DNA of 63,570 bases, filler included, from Phoronis australis (lineage: Eukaryota; Animalia; Phoronida), in the NCBI GenBank assembly GCA_002633005.1. It is 3 parts of 3 records of this genome, joined end to end, with 100 filler letters (N's around TTAATTAATTAA, not from the genome) between each part and the next. Parts side by side here need not be neighbours in the genome. Positions count along the whole stretch, not along the records: positions 34,749 to 63,570 come from NMRA01000186.1; 2 more parts are not named here. One strand, given 5' to 3'. This document shows positions 49,996 to 63,570 of this stretch, one piece after another (within the stretch, counting starts at the first letter, position 1; each line of letters starts with the position of its first letter). Below the pieces are notes generated by a model. That model was not told the DNA's origin. It was given only the letters and a program-made list of their open reading frames with translations, and ran no database searches. Made by a program: the position numbers and the translations under genes.

Positions 49996-51602
49996 CTGAA
50001 AGAATACTGAAGACATCATTCAACAAGCATGTGCACTGAAGGCCAACATCCACACAAATCTGCTTTACAGATTCACATTTCGTGACTATATAGACATTTT
50101 TAGTCTATTTGAAAATAACAAATTCAAACCTGATGCATAGCTTTTCCTATAAAATCAATCTGATATTCGGAGTAATGACCTTTAAGAATATTATTGTGTT
50201 GTTAAGACGTAAGTATTGTATTATTATTTCAGCATATAGCCTTTTTGTAAGGAAAACGCTGCGAAAAATCGTTACTAAATTACTTTGGAATACCGCAACA
50301 GCCCTTCTGAGCCATTCAGAGTTAAACAATATGCTGTGTGTTGCATTTTTTCCAAAAGGTACTTCGAAAATATAACCTTCAAAGTACGGACCCTCAGAGT
50401 CAGAACTCAACCCTCCTAAAGAATAAATTTACAGGATGTCAGTATGAAATGCATTTTCAAGGATGGCGTTACAAATAATGCAATGACTAAAAACAAATAC
50501 CATCATAATGCCTTACGGAGACTCATTCAGTTCTACAACACAGGTAACAAAAAAATTTTAGTATGTTAGGGTTATTCACTATTACATGATAGAGTGACTT
50601 CAAATTTCTTTCGTTAAATAATGTTGACAAAATTGATTTTGATCAAAGCTTAGTCAAAAAGAATTACCAAGGCCGGCATGGGACAGATGATCGACAAAAC
50701 AGACCAGTAACGGATAACCCCATACCAATTGCTCTAGCCAGGAGGGTCCCTGGAACAACCACTCCTTTCTGCAAGTACATTCCTTTGATAGAAGAGTTTA
50801 CTACATTCCTTTGATAAAAGAGTTCACGCGACACAGGGCACTAAACAAAGCAGCGAACATTGGACCCTGACCACATGACTCTGGAAACTTTTGGAAAATG
50901 CAAACTTAAATCAGCTGCTGATCCGTTAATTTTCAGCACATGAACTGGTCAGACAAAAAATCATGAATTTTGCTATTCAACACTCTCAGAGCCAATTAAA
51001 ATTCTCAGACTCAATCAACACTCTCAGCAGAAGGGATCATTATAGCTAATTGGCTAAATATCGAGTCTCAATGCAAAATGCACGATACATCCTTCAAATC
51101 ATCTTAGCAAATTTTTTAATCAGCCACTCAGGCAATGTGAAAAATCCGTAACTTAGACAATCAATGCATGTTATCACAACATCCATTATCAATATCCAAA
51201 ATGTGCCAGTAGTTTGCAAAAAGTGTGAAGCCAAATACCTCATTTGACATGATTGTATGTTTATTAAAAATGGTATCGAAAATGTTACTAGATCCGTTTT
51301 AAAAGCCTACCATCATTAACTTAAAAAGCTAAGATCAATTTTGAAAATTTCTTAATACCGAGCACCAAATCGTAAGCATGACAAGACGAGTTAAGCAGGA
51401 ACTGTTGGAAAGATTATTTGTCTCAAATCACAAGATCCACTTTGTGACATGCTTTAAATTTGTTGAATAGTTGCTTTGATTAATATCTGGTGGAAGTACA
51501 ACAGGTGTAGCAGTGGGTGATTGACCTAGGCCTACAGGAAGTTGCCAAAATAGGGTTTAGTATCCTCAATCATACACTTACTGTTTGGCATAATACACTT
51601 AC

Positions 51603-51707
51603 CCCTCCAACAAACACATACGCCCAGTCCATAACCCCTGTAGCATTAAGCGTCCTATCCGTGAAGTCAGACGGCAGCTCAGTTCTGTATAGGATGTATC
51701 CGGTGCT
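51603..51707 (-). CDS. GLB1: Beta-galactosidase exon
   Basis: taccag acceptor and GGG|gtaagt donor, phase 0 to 0. Reads STGYILYRTELPSDFTDRTLNATGVMDWAYVFVGG. Confidence 0.92.
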
Positions 51708-53168
51708 CTGGTACAGACAAAGAGAGTTGATTAAAGAACCATTGGCGGCAGAAAAGTGGAAACAAAGATGAAATGTCTGCTCCAAGCACTTCATGGTATG
51801 GTATGGGTCTATCTGTTAATCACAATTGTGTAGAAAATTAATGAATCACGTGAAATCAATACACGCATTTTTATGAATTAAAGCAATACCAGCAAATCAC
51901 AATACACAAATTCAAAGGAATGCATTTCATCATCACTTTCTTTTAAAGGTGTACTAAGCACTACACCCATGGGTGACCAACTTCAAACTAAGAGGAAAAA
52001 AGAACAAAGGGCTTTCAAACCAAAAAAAAAAAAACAATGACAACAGTAAAACCACAAAAACAAGTGTTGATCTGCCTTATTTCACAACACAATTTATTTT
52101 TGCGATCAAAACTTTTGACCATTCCCATTGTTTGAAAGAGGATTTACCAACAGGTAATAGTCACATTACTGCAAAATAAATTCACATCAATATAGAACAT
52201 AATATGGTGGACAGGTGTAACTTCATTTTTTCATTTAAAAGACGAATACTACCAAATAGAAGTCATCAGACAATGTTTTGAGAATTTAAAAGCATTAGCA
52301 TCAATGTCAGAAATTTTCAAAAACTACATTACAATTTAGCGAAAACCAATGAATAAAATTTTTCTGGAATTAGTAGGATTTTACTGTAGTTATACTTTAA
52401 CAGCACGCAGTGCTTAATAATCAATACGATTGTGTTTAACACCAGTTGAGGCAGAGATCTTAAATTAATAGTTACTTAACATTAGGTCACATCAAGACGT
52501 GATTTGGACCATACCATTTGCTGCAATACAATAGGTCTCAACATGTTCATTATTCAAAGTGATTTCAGCATTTGTAAAGAATTGATGGCTCCTTATTCCT
52601 TGAGCTGTCTCAGTCCACAAACTGACACATTGATGGTAAATAACAAATTGTGGAGACCCTTAGGTCTTTCCAAGCCCTGACATTACCTTTAGTTTGACTA
52701 CGAACAACTTGACAGCACTTTCATAATGTAAAGGGTCTAAAACAAAATCTGTTTTCTGTGATGAAAGGCAAGTTATGAGCCGCTTTGACTAAAAGATTTT
52801 AAGAAGTTGGAGTACCCATGCAGGCTACAAAATAAATTTAATTGTGGAGGTTTAGTTGGTATAATTTTAAAACGATTCAATAGTTGCTCTTATCACTGAA
52901 CTTGGTACTAAGAAATTTTCTGTGATGTTTGGATAGAACAAGTCAGTTACTGGAGGAACCTAAACTAAGTGACAGTACTGTACAGATAAAAAACATAGCA
53001 GTCACACAAACTAGATATATTTTAATATAACTGCTAAAAAACATAGTTTCAGAAATAACCATTTCCTGTTGACTACATTGCTGTTCACTGATGCCATACA
53101 TGTACCCAATTACGTGGTAAACTTCGTGTAAGTAGTAATTACGCAAATTGGATATCACGCAACACTAC

Positions 53169-53342
53169 CTGGTTCATTTGTTCCATGGTTATGGGGTAGG
53201 TAGATAGGAGTGGTCTCCCCTTCATTATGTGTGGCAGAAGATCAAACAGAGTGCCAGCAGCAGTCATCTGTACAGATCCGTATGCTTTCTTGGTTACGTT
53301 AGTGGGTGGAGCTTCCAGCGTTGAGCTGCAATTGCCTATGTA
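53169..53342 (-). CDS. GLB1: Beta-galactosidase exon
   Basis: ttacag acceptor and CAG|gtagtg donor, phase 0 to 0. Reads YIGNCSSTLEAPPTNVTKKAYGSVQM...STYPITMEQMNQ. Confidence 0.9.
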
Positions 53343-53999
53343 CTGTAACACATGTAATAATTTTATACTGTCTTCAAAATATTGCTTTTTTAAATCTAGG
53401 CCCAGACATTGCTTTCACAATATATCCAGGTTTGCATTCAATCCCTTGCATGCATCCACAATTAAGACTGAACTTGGAAGAGTGAGACACCTTTGTGCCA
53501 TGCTCGAGTGTCTGCTTGTAATACGAGGGTTTGAACCCGGTCTGTCAAACGACAGTCCAAAGCTCTAAACTCTACCCCCCTTCAAGGTGACTATTAGAAC
53601 CTAAGCACAACCTTAGTTGCAGCAAAATTAATATGTGAATGCATAGGTAAGAAATTTCTCAGCGCCAAACGGCAATTTTATGACAACCAATTGAGTACTT
53701 CAAATGTTGACTACTAAACATTTCTTGAAGTTGTAAACTTTGTTTTGCAAGTTTGTAACAAAAACTTTTGATTTGTAATTTATGTGCAAAACAATTTCAG
53801 AGTAATAGATAACACCCTTATGGCTTCAGGAAAGAATCTCAAAAGTCATGGAATGCAATAACGTTTTGCTACGTCTCGTAAAACTAAAGCATCAAAATCT
53901 AGTCCATGATGAAAACTTTACTTAGCAAAGAATGAACTAGATAGAATACACACTTTCTTTGAATTTTGAACAAATGCGCAAACTTAAATTTCCAATTAC

Positions 54000-54127
54000 C
54001 TTTCTCAGAATAAGTTTCAAGTGCTCAAATTTATAAGTCATATCACCAGCTTCAGACAGAGGGGCATTGTAATCATAGCTTGTAGGGATGGGAAGATAAG
54101 ATGAATTCTGGGTAAAATAGTCAGCAC
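54000..54127 (-). CDS. GLB1: Beta-galactosidase exon (end of GH35 catalytic barrel), first one found in the window
   Basis: acatag acceptor (phase 1) and AAG|gtaatt donor. Reads GADYFTQNSSYLPIPTSYDYNAPLSEAGDMTYKFEHLKLILRK, with the TSYDY.APLSEAG motif. Confidence 0.93.
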
Positions 54128-54357
54128 CTATGTAAACAGGAAGTGAATTATATATAAGTCCATCTTATTTAAATAGGGAAAATCTCATTTTGTCCCGAAC
54201 TGGAATGTAACGTGACGCAAATGAAAAATATCCAGATATTTTCAAAAAAAATGGCTTGGTACAAAAGACTATCACTTTCTAAGCAAATACCTGTCTTTGC
54301 TTTGAAAAACCAACAAACGAGATTTTGGTAATTGGTAATTAAAAATTTGTGTGTAAT

Positions 54358-54495
54358 GGTAACGCAAATTTGCGTGCGTGATATAACGCAAAAATGCGTC
54401 ACGTTACGCACTCGTGCGTAACGTAACGCAAAGATGCGTAATATCACGCAAATATGCGTCATATCACGCAAAAATGCGTCACATCACGCATTTTT
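54358..54495. repeat. Array of ~20-bp palindromic units ACGCA-N3/4-TGCGT
   Basis: About 6 consecutive units, e.g. ACGCAAAAATGCGT, ACGCACTCGTGCGT, ACGCAAAGATGCGT, ACGCAAATATGCGT. Confidence 0.8.
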
Positions 54496-54689
54496 TTTCG
54501 TAATATGACGCACTTTTGCTTCATATTACTAGATTGTGCTTTACCATTGAAATGTCGGATGCCGTAATGTGGAGTTAGCAACAAGTAGTCGGGGTGAAAA
54601 CATGGAAGTTGTGTATATCAAATGTGACATGTTTGTGTTTGTTGATAGTAGACTAATTTGTGTTTACGTTTTGTGAATTTCAAACTTCG

Positions 54690-57480
54690 AATTTAATTGT
54701 TAATTGTCAACTCCATATAGAGAAGTTAGCTTCCCTGCAAGCGATAACGGGCGCTGCGTCGGCGGTCTGATCTCAGCCGTGCGGGACTTCGCCTGCTTCA
54801 TGTTGTTGCGTTTTTCTCGTTCTGCAAGAATGGTTGTGTGTGAACATATTATGAATTAGTGGTCGATTTCATAATGAAGTCCCTAACGTCTCTACGTGCG
54901 GCAGCTGTCAGCGGTACAGGAGATTTGTAGACCATTTTTGCAATTCTCGCGTTACCGTTAGTGCACGAATGACTGAGCGCGAATGGGAAGGTGAGAAATG
55001 CCGAGTTACTTTAAATTAATAATGGTCACTTGCCGAACGGAAATCTCATCCAAACAAATTTAGTTCTGTCCTGGCGACTAACGGAAGCAGCATGGTCAGG
55101 TATCAGACGTACGTGAGTACTCATGGGTCCAATCCGTCACTGATGCGTTACGGTTCCGCAAGTTACCGAATGTCTAGGTACACTGTGAGAGGTCTTTACT
55201 ACAAGTCAGTCATTAGCTGTTTGTCAACTTCATATTGAGTTGCAAACTTCTCAACATGCGGCAAGCGAGAGCCCATGGGAGATTTGTAGATCATCGATGC
55301 TCTTGATAGCTGCGTAATCGTCCGGCACGAATGGACGAGGAGGGGGTTATTGGGAGTTCGTTAATAAATGCTCTAGTCATTCATGTATAAAGTGTTGATT
55401 GTCTAGTTAAATGTAAAGTTGTTAACTTCTCTACGGTAGCTACTTGATCACATAAGAGCCGTACGGGAGATTTGTGGGCCTATTTACGTGATTGCTGCGT
55501 TATCGTTCCGCAAGAACGAAAAAAAGTGAAGTTACGCTAACATGAGAGTTATTTAATAAATACTGCCAGTCATAATTTAAATTAGTAGTTGATTGTCGAC
55601 TTCATATGAAGTGTTCAACTTTTTTACATGGGGCAAACAATAACTGCGTGGGCATATTACAGCCGGGAGGGAGATATGTATGACTTATTGCCTATTGCGT
55701 AATCGTTCTGCAAGTTCACTGAGCGAAAACATACTTTTTTAAAAATAATTCCATTTAGTCATATTTTATATTAATAGTTAATTGTCGACTTCTCTTCATG
55801 CGACTAACAAGAGCAGCGTGGTCAGGTAGCAGCCGTATGACAATCTTGTGTTCAAACTCCGTCACTGTTGCGTTGTGGTTCAGCAAGTTACGTCTGCGAA
55901 GAGCCTGGGTCACGTCCTTATAAAACATGCCGACAATTTTTAATTCATTAAATAGCAATTGTCAAACCGAAATGTCCACGTAAAATGATTTCACATGTGT
56001 ACATGAGGGAAAAGAGAGCACTCCTTGATTAAACCAGGCTAGAGGCCCCCTTCAGTCATCGGATTATAGACCCATCAGTATGTGACTGTTGCGTAATGGT
56101 TCTGCACGAATGAATGGTCGCAAAGTTCTATAATAAACACTGAGTCAGTCATGTTTTATGTTAATTGTCGACATGTAAAGTTGTTGACTTCTTTACAGGT
56201 AGCTAACGGGGCTTGATTGCTCAGATTTAAGCCGTACTGGGGATTTGTAGGCCTATTTTAGTGGCTGTTGCGTTATCGTTCTGCAACATATTGCCCGAGA
56301 GCGATTTCCTGATAAGGACTAGGCCGTTCATGTTTAAGCTAAGTGCTAATTGGTGGTTTCATGAAAAGTTGTGAACTTCTGCACATGCGGCTTACAAGAG
56401 CTGCGTGACCACATTTAAGCTACGCGTGAGGTTTGTAGACCAGTTTCGTGATTGTTGCGTCATCGTTCTGCAAGAATAGGTGAACGCCAACACGCGAGTT
56501 CTTGACTTACAGCTAGCCATATTTTAAATTAATAGTTAATTGTTGACTTCATAGAAACTATTTAACTTCTCTTGATGCGACTAACGGGACCAGCGTGGTC
56601 AGGTAACAGCCGAGTGACTGTCTTGTGTTCAAACACAGTCAATGCTGCGTTATATGGTTCAGCAAGTTACGGATTGCGAAGATGCATATTTTTTACATTT
56701 AATAAACATTTGTCAAATTCATGAAAAATTATTACACTTCTGTACTGGTGGGAAATGAAAGCTGCTTCGTCAAACCAGTCCCCAGGTCAACTTCAGTCAT
56801 CGGTTGAAGACCGATCTTCGTGATTGTTGCGTTATCTTTCTGCACGAATGACTGGGCGCGAACTTGGGAGTGACAAGGGGCGGACCCAGGATTTTGAGTA
56901 TGGGGGGCAGGGCGCAGGAATAACCAGAATTTCGCCACATGCGGGTGCTCGATCAGCCTAAAATGTAGGGATGCAGGGGTCTCGAATTTTTGGGTTTGTG
57001 GACCTTATTACTAAAATATAAAAACGGAGGACGGGGTTTGTTTGTTCAAGCCCCCCCGAGTCCCCTGGGTGCGCGCATATCCAAGTCAGCGATTGGCACC
57101 CCGAACTGCCAAATGGTATCTTGGAGAAGTTTGGGGGGCATGGCTCCCGTGACCCCCCCCTCCCTAAATCCGCCACTGGTTATCAGCCATCGGAAAGTCT
57201 GTATACCATAGAAACACTTTTGTATGTCTGTGCTGCACACCAATATCCGTCAGTGTTAGTGCTTCATGGTTCAGCAAGTTACACAGGCGAAGGATCAGGC
57301 ATTTTTACTGAATGCTGGCAGTCATTTAACATTAATAATGAATTTCAGACTGAAATCTCCATGTAAACAACTTCAATTCTGTCAGCAAAGTCAGGTAGCA
57401 GCCGCGCGAGAGTCTGAAAACCAAGTCCGTAACTGCGGCGTTACGGGCAGTTCAGCATTTTACGGAGTGCGGAGGTATGA
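54690..57480 (+). repeat. Old degenerate tandem array, ~160-200-bp units, ~13 copies
   Basis: Recurring GTC(A/G)ACTTCAT..AAGTT..AACTTCT / GGGAGATTTGTAG / TTGCGTTATCGTTCTGCAAG, near 54706, 54864, 55223, 55401, 55595, 55784, 56167, 56352 and 56542. Confidence 0.75.
56874..57178. mobile_element. GC-rich hAT-like MITE inserted in the array
   Basis: Ends CAAGGGGCGGACCCAGG ... CTAAATCCGCCACTG with internal G and C runs. No clear TSD. Confidence 0.55.
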
Positions 57481-60400
57481 TGTCATTAATGAAAATATAG
57501 ACAGTAAGTTTAATTTAGCAGTTGTTGCATCATCTCATCTCACTACAGCAATACTGAGAGTCCAATAAGCGTTGGCTTCAAAAAAAAATCGTACGCATAA
57601 GTGCCGTTTACACTTACACAGTTGACACGGATCAGTGTGTAAACGGACTGACACGGAGCAAATTGACACCGCGGTGACAAATTTTTGCCACCCGTGTGTG
57701 AGGTAGAGCAATTTGCGCCCGAGCATCTTGCGCCGTGTCAATTATAAATCTAAACGCGAAACTGGAGAAAGGCGGAAAAGATCATCTCTACTGCGCTTGT
57801 GCAATGACCTTCATACGGGTTCTTTGTCTCTGAAACTCTCGTCATTTGTAAACCTGCGCATGTGTGATCCAGTCTTTCCAGCCTGCAATTTCCGTCTTGC
57901 CACGTTTAGTGAGTTGTGTATGTAAACGGCCGCTTGACACGGGTCAATATTTGCTCCGTGTCCGTTGCGCTGGGCCAAAAGTTGATGTCTAAACGGAACT
58001 ATAGGCCTACTCACTCGATACGAAATTCGTCTATTTCCGTGTACGTTAAGTATCAAATATTGTATCGAATGAGCTTGCTCGCTATACATGCCTTATAACC
58101 AAAGATGGTGTAACAATAATATCTTTGCTATAAGTCACGTCAGAGATCCATAGACGAAGAGCTGGGACCCGTTCCATGAAAATTGACTTAGCTTAGACAA
58201 ATCTTAACTTTCAGCCAATTTTAAGATAAAACTTGAGTTTGTTCCAAGAAAGACATCTTAACTAGAAAGTTATCTTAACCTTGACTTGGGTTTTTTACTT
58301 TAAGTTCTGTCTTAAGTTCAGCTAACCGGAAGTGGAATTTTCAAAGTTTGGAAGTTGTGACATGTCTTAGAATTAAATCATAAATGAACTGAAGCCAGTT
58401 TCTTGGTACGAGCCCAATTGATTGTATTACTATAGTAGCTTATTCTACGTTCTTGTTAGTATAGCGTTTTAAAAGTGAGAAATGTGGTGTTTTGGTGAAT
58501 TAACTTCACATTTTCTATGTCCCAGTCAGGTGCTGCGCCTTCGTTAACGAAAACGACCCTCTGCGTGGAGACTCTGGCGTTTATTTGTCGAACTGCATGC
58601 TCAAATTTTCCTTTGTAAGCTACAATAAGTAATGGGTATTCCAATAACATGGGTTTTGTTCAAAAGGCAGAAAATTAAGTGAGATGCTGGAATTTGTTTA
58701 CTTGACTTGGCGACGTAGCGTGAAAGACGGGCACAACCTCGCTAACTCAAGTAAGTAAATTCTAGTAATTGACTTATTTTTCTGTACTTTGCTACCAAAA
58801 GTGAAGGTCTCAAAACTTCCATGCTTTTATGTATTTCTTTGACTAACATCGAGCTTCTTAAACACTTCTAACGCTCGTTTTTATAAAACTGGGTCGTTTC
58901 CGTTATCAGTTGCCTTTGGCAACAGGTAAGTGTTTCAGTTCTGTTGAGTTGCTTACTGGAGCCGTTTCGTTTAACCAGTCTTTCGTTACTTTTTAGTTAC
59001 CGTTTCATTCCGTTTTAATGGTGGACAATTGAGATATGATTTAGCACCACTTGTCATTATCCGGAATTTGATTTGATATAAGACTCAATTTCGGCACAGT
59101 GTGCATTCCTGGGGGACAACAAAATATCAAGAAAAGTGAGCCAAAAGTATCAGTTTTTGTTTGACTCCGCAAAAGCAAGCAACCTTGTGTTCTGCTGGTC
59201 ACCTAGGTATACTATATGTAAAGTTTGCTTAATATTTACAACTGTTCGTTGCCTTATCGACCTTTAGTAGAATCGGCTGAGCTACCAAATATTTATGACA
59301 TCATAAAATTGTACTCCACACTGAGATAAAAACAAAGACGCATTTTCTAAGGCAAGAAACAATAACAAAAACAGACTGAGTACATATTTAAATTTGTTAA
59401 AAAGATACTGAGCCCCGCTTTGATTATTTCCACCAATCCTCGTTGTCATGTCTCCTGGTGCTCCTGGCGCTAATCTTCCAGGTAAAACGCAGGAATCGGG
59501 TAAAAATTCATACTCCTTACGTCACAGATTGGACATTATGATTCTTGGTGGATGGTCTATTCCGCGCAATTGGCAATTGGCGGAAAGTATACTTTGCTGT
59601 TATCTGCCCAATCAGCCAGCATTGCACGCAGGGTAGTTCCAATTTATTAAACGCTGTACCCTTTGATCATATTTCCCAAACGTCGACCAAATTCGGATAT
59701 ACTGCAATCTGCAAAGTTCTCTTTAGATTACTGAGCGTTAGTAACTGCCAAACTTTCGAACCATGCGTGCTTTTAGAATTGAGTAATTATACTCCATCAC
59801 ATCATAGGACGAGAGAATGAATTGAAGAAATTTTTGTCAGGTTACTTAATGCTCATAGCGTTGGAAAGGATAAGAACCCACTTCTTCGAACGCATTGCTC
59901 CAAAGGTTCACTATGAAGGTGCACTACCCTGAAAATGCATGAAATTTTAGACTGAGGAGTAATTTTTTATACTTCCATATCATGATATGCAAAAATGCAC
60001 ATTTCGGTTTAGACGTAGTGGCGTACCTAGTATACCGAGAACACTTTAACTGTTTGGGTTTCTTGCGCTTGCGAAAATGGGCTCCATGGCATTTCTTATG
60101 AATATGAAAAAGAGAATGCGTACTTGCATTTTGACACATAAAGTTGGAATACTGATGTATTAACCTCCATGTCAAGATCGCATTGTTTCACAGCGCGAAT
60201 GAAAAGTCTATCTCCGGCGCTTCAGTCATCCACCGAATAGGAAACGCGCGCATGGCCGGGTCAGAACTAAATGCAGTAGATTACCCTATCCTTGCCAGTC
60301 TTCACCAAGTCCGAGAGTCAACGACACCCAGTATTCCGAAATTTAAAGCCGCCCCTACATGCAAGTCGCCACAAAGCAGAAATAAAATAAATAATCCTCG

Positions 60401-63400
60401 TGCCCGGCATGTTGTCTCTGTTTAAAAATGAGTTGTTTTAGATTCAAAGGTCACGATTGTGAGTGACTGGAACTGAGGTCGTCTGCGAACACTGCAATTA
60501 ATGTTTTAAGAACTATTCAACGTTTGCGCACCTTAACGGATGCTAAATGAATACAAATACTTTGTGGGTGTCAGTTCCGCTAAACTGTCGGATGTGACAT
60601 GGTTTAACACCAAGAGTAATAATGATACCTGAAACCTTGTAAATCTCTTCCCGGCATCAAATTTCAGCTGCTCTGCGAGGTTGTGTACACAAGAGAACAC
60701 TTTTCTTCATTGACTAAAGATTTTATTAGGCCTAAACCTGCTTTTACCAAATAATATGGACACGCTAGTCCTCCCACGAGGTGGAATTTTCTCAGTGCAA
60801 GAACGCACGGTAGTAAAACGTCTGCTTTTTAACAACGATTGAGGACTGCTTCTTGAAGTTTTGTGTGCTGTATTGAAATAATGAAAAGGCATACGTCACA
60901 TGCATGTCAATTTACTAACCAATCCACAACCAAAGCGTGCTCTGGATGATCAACATATTCGACGATCACTTTCAATTCGAAAATCAAAAAAGCCTAGGCT
61001 GGCAACTATACCAAAAAATCAGATAACAAACTTATGTTCTGCTGTTTTGTTGGTTTACCCATTTTTAAGCGATGGACATATTACTTTGACACCTCTCGTT
61101 GCTGAAATAGCTGGCACCGTCACCACGCACGTTCAACGTGGTAGTCGGTGGGTTTAATGACTCACTAACATAAAGTGTCTTCTAATCGTCGTCTGCAGGA
61201 ACCTGTTATCCAGTACACAAACACATGACCACTTGGCAAAGTTGGCCAGGTACTATACGGCTCGATACAGCGCTTTGATTTGCAGAACCAAATTTGAAAT
61301 TATTACCAACTTCATTATTGTAGTAGTTAGTAGTACCAGTAACAACTACAAAAAATTGTTGATGTTTTTCATCTATATGCTATGCGTAACGGATACGCTA
61401 GGGCTGGATTTTTTCCACGAGGGGATTCCATCGAACTCCTCGAACCCCCCCCCCCCCCNCCCGTGGCTACGAGCCTGCTGCACAAAAGTGAGGAATCTGC
61501 ACGTCTGTTTTCTGTTCCATTGCGGTTTCTGTTAAAAATTAATAAAGCGATTCGTACATAATTGCCCCCGCTAACAACCAGTTTATTGTGTAAAGCACAT
61601 CGCGAGCACCTGGACCTAGTTGGCACGGGCACAAATGACGATCAAAAAGTGTCTCTTCATGCCACAGTCAGGAGCTTCTCGTATCAGGAATAATGGGCCT
61701 TCACACAAGCGAGGTAGTCTAGCAGATCTGCGTTTGCTTACATTAGATTTTTTAACAACTCTGTATAACATACAGCGGGATTCCCAGTGAAATCTTTTAT
61801 CGACAAAGTATCCCATTAAGTGTAACTTGGGTTGTTGTCAACCGGGGTGGAAGATAACAGTGCCACCCCCTCATATCATCACCAGTTACGAACCGTCTCA
61901 TGGGCGTCACAGCACTCCCCTAGTCATCACTGATTTGCGTCCCCGGCTTCTTGTACGTCAATGCCGATTTCGAGTTACCAGTTGTATGGGTGTCGCCCAG
62001 GTAGGTGGTCTTTCCCACTTGCTAAGACTGTGGCTGCGCACTTTGATACAATCTGGCTCCCGTTGGAAGAATGGATTTTCCAAAATACACCCAATACGCT
62101 TATTTTTAGTATAACTCTGGCAAGTCCCTGTGACGTCAGAAATGCACTCCACACTGAGATAATAACAAAAGTCGTAATATCGAGTAGATTTTGTTACGAA
62201 TATAAACATAAATATATGAAAAACTGACTAGTGTAAATGTAACGGCGGCGAACTGATAATATGTATGGCAAGACATGCTCTTGACTATAAAGCTCGCGTT
62301 TCACGTTGTCTCAGATTTTTATCTTAGGACTTGGAGCTAGGAACCAGGTGCCAGAAAACACAAAGCTGTTTTTCATTAATCGACGATCTATGGAGCGATG
62401 GCAGCCGCTTGGCGTCTGGTCCATTCTCAAGTGAATGTCAGGGTGCCTGCTTGATCCCGCGTCTATTTCGATTTATTCAAAAGATACAGAAGCGCGGTGG
62501 TTTTAAAATTAGATGTCATAGTATTAAGATAAATATAACCATGACATTGAAAATGCTGAATAACATCAATGTCAAAATGACATCATGTTGCCGATGATGT
62601 AATCTTGCTGGAATGATTATACTTTGTGTTTTCGTATCTGACCAATAAATACTGTCAGCTTTTAATTAACAATTAAATATCGAGAAAAAACATTTTGGGT
62701 TTGTAGATGAACTGCCCGTTTAATAACTAAGGATGCTGTTTACGCTGTTGTATAAAGTCTTGGTTTCCTGGACTGCGTGAAAAGTGTGTACAGAGAGCTT
62801 TCACGTGAAGGTTAGACACTCGTTTCTTTTAACAGCCCGGGGGAATTTTTGAAGTAGTGCTTCGATCTGTGTTTTCGCACCAATTAATCAAAACATTTTT
62901 GTCAAATAAGGTCAGGCAAGACTAGTCTGCAAAAAAGTGCTGTAAGTTTTGAAAAAATGCACATCTGTGCATTCATAACTCGTTAGAAACTTTCTTTGTA
63001 ATTCTGTGACTGATGTTTGTTTATACAACTGGAAACTCGACCCAGGGTGATGACACTATCTGTGCCAGGCCACAGGCAGTGTTGAACTTCAATGGAACAA
63101 ATTTATGGACGTAAATGTATCTTTGGGAAATATGTGAGTTGATTTTGACCAAAAGCACCATTGTGCTAATTTACGATTAATTTTCAAAATGAAAGAGAAA
63201 ACTGCAACAGTAGTGAAATAACCGAATGCTCATGTACATTCCACTCTCAGACAGCAGACGGCTTATCACTGCCATAAATCTAAGGGGGAAGACGAAACGT
63301 AAATACAACCACAGAACTACATGCTTCTATTTGCAGTAAGCTACCCCAACTTGGGGGCACAGGAATTTAGACAATGAGCAAAATTGTTCATATTGCAACC

Positions 63401-63570
63401 TCAGAATTCATTATGGAACATATCACAATTCTTAATTCTGTACAAATATATTTATTAATTCGTATATTATTTATTCTGAGCTTTTGAGGGTGGACGAAGG
63501 TCACAATGCAGAGCATTATTTGTCCCAAATATCTGTGACTCGTGGGATGCCACTTAACGTCGACTAATAC

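Noticed and set aside
59440-59485. Signal-peptide-like CLLVLLALIFQ before a gtaaaa donor
   Set aside because: No in-frame ATG nearby and no downstream exon identified.

Overview
AT-rich, repeat-rich animal genomic DNA, most likely from a marine invertebrate (inference). It consists of three contigs joined by two artificial 100-nt linkers (44 N + TTAATTAATTAA + 44 N at 7156-7255 and 34649-34748). Three spliced genes are supported. (1) Four internal + strand exons of a MUC4/SUSD2-like VWD-domain protein (1411-4859). (2) A very large, almost intronless + strand receptor of about 1890 aa (13088-16509 joined to 21679-23938), with signal peptide, about 4 CUB-like domains, an unassigned ~270 aa region, 2 C-type-lectin-like domains, 7 LDLa repeats, LRRs and a GRL101/RXFP-type 7TM. 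This is the most interesting item. (3) Six - strand exons of a GH35 beta-galactosidase (GLB1-like, 42459-54127). The rest is mostly mobile DNA: about five HINE/Helentron-like copies with internal tandem arrays, nested TIR elements with 7-bp TSDs, a 26-bp P-like remnant, Penelope-like pieces with hammerhead-like cores, LINE, hAT, THAP and SGNH fragments, tRNA-derived SINE heads, minisatellites and hairpins. Everything was read by eye, so family assignments rest on motif recognition and no database search was run.
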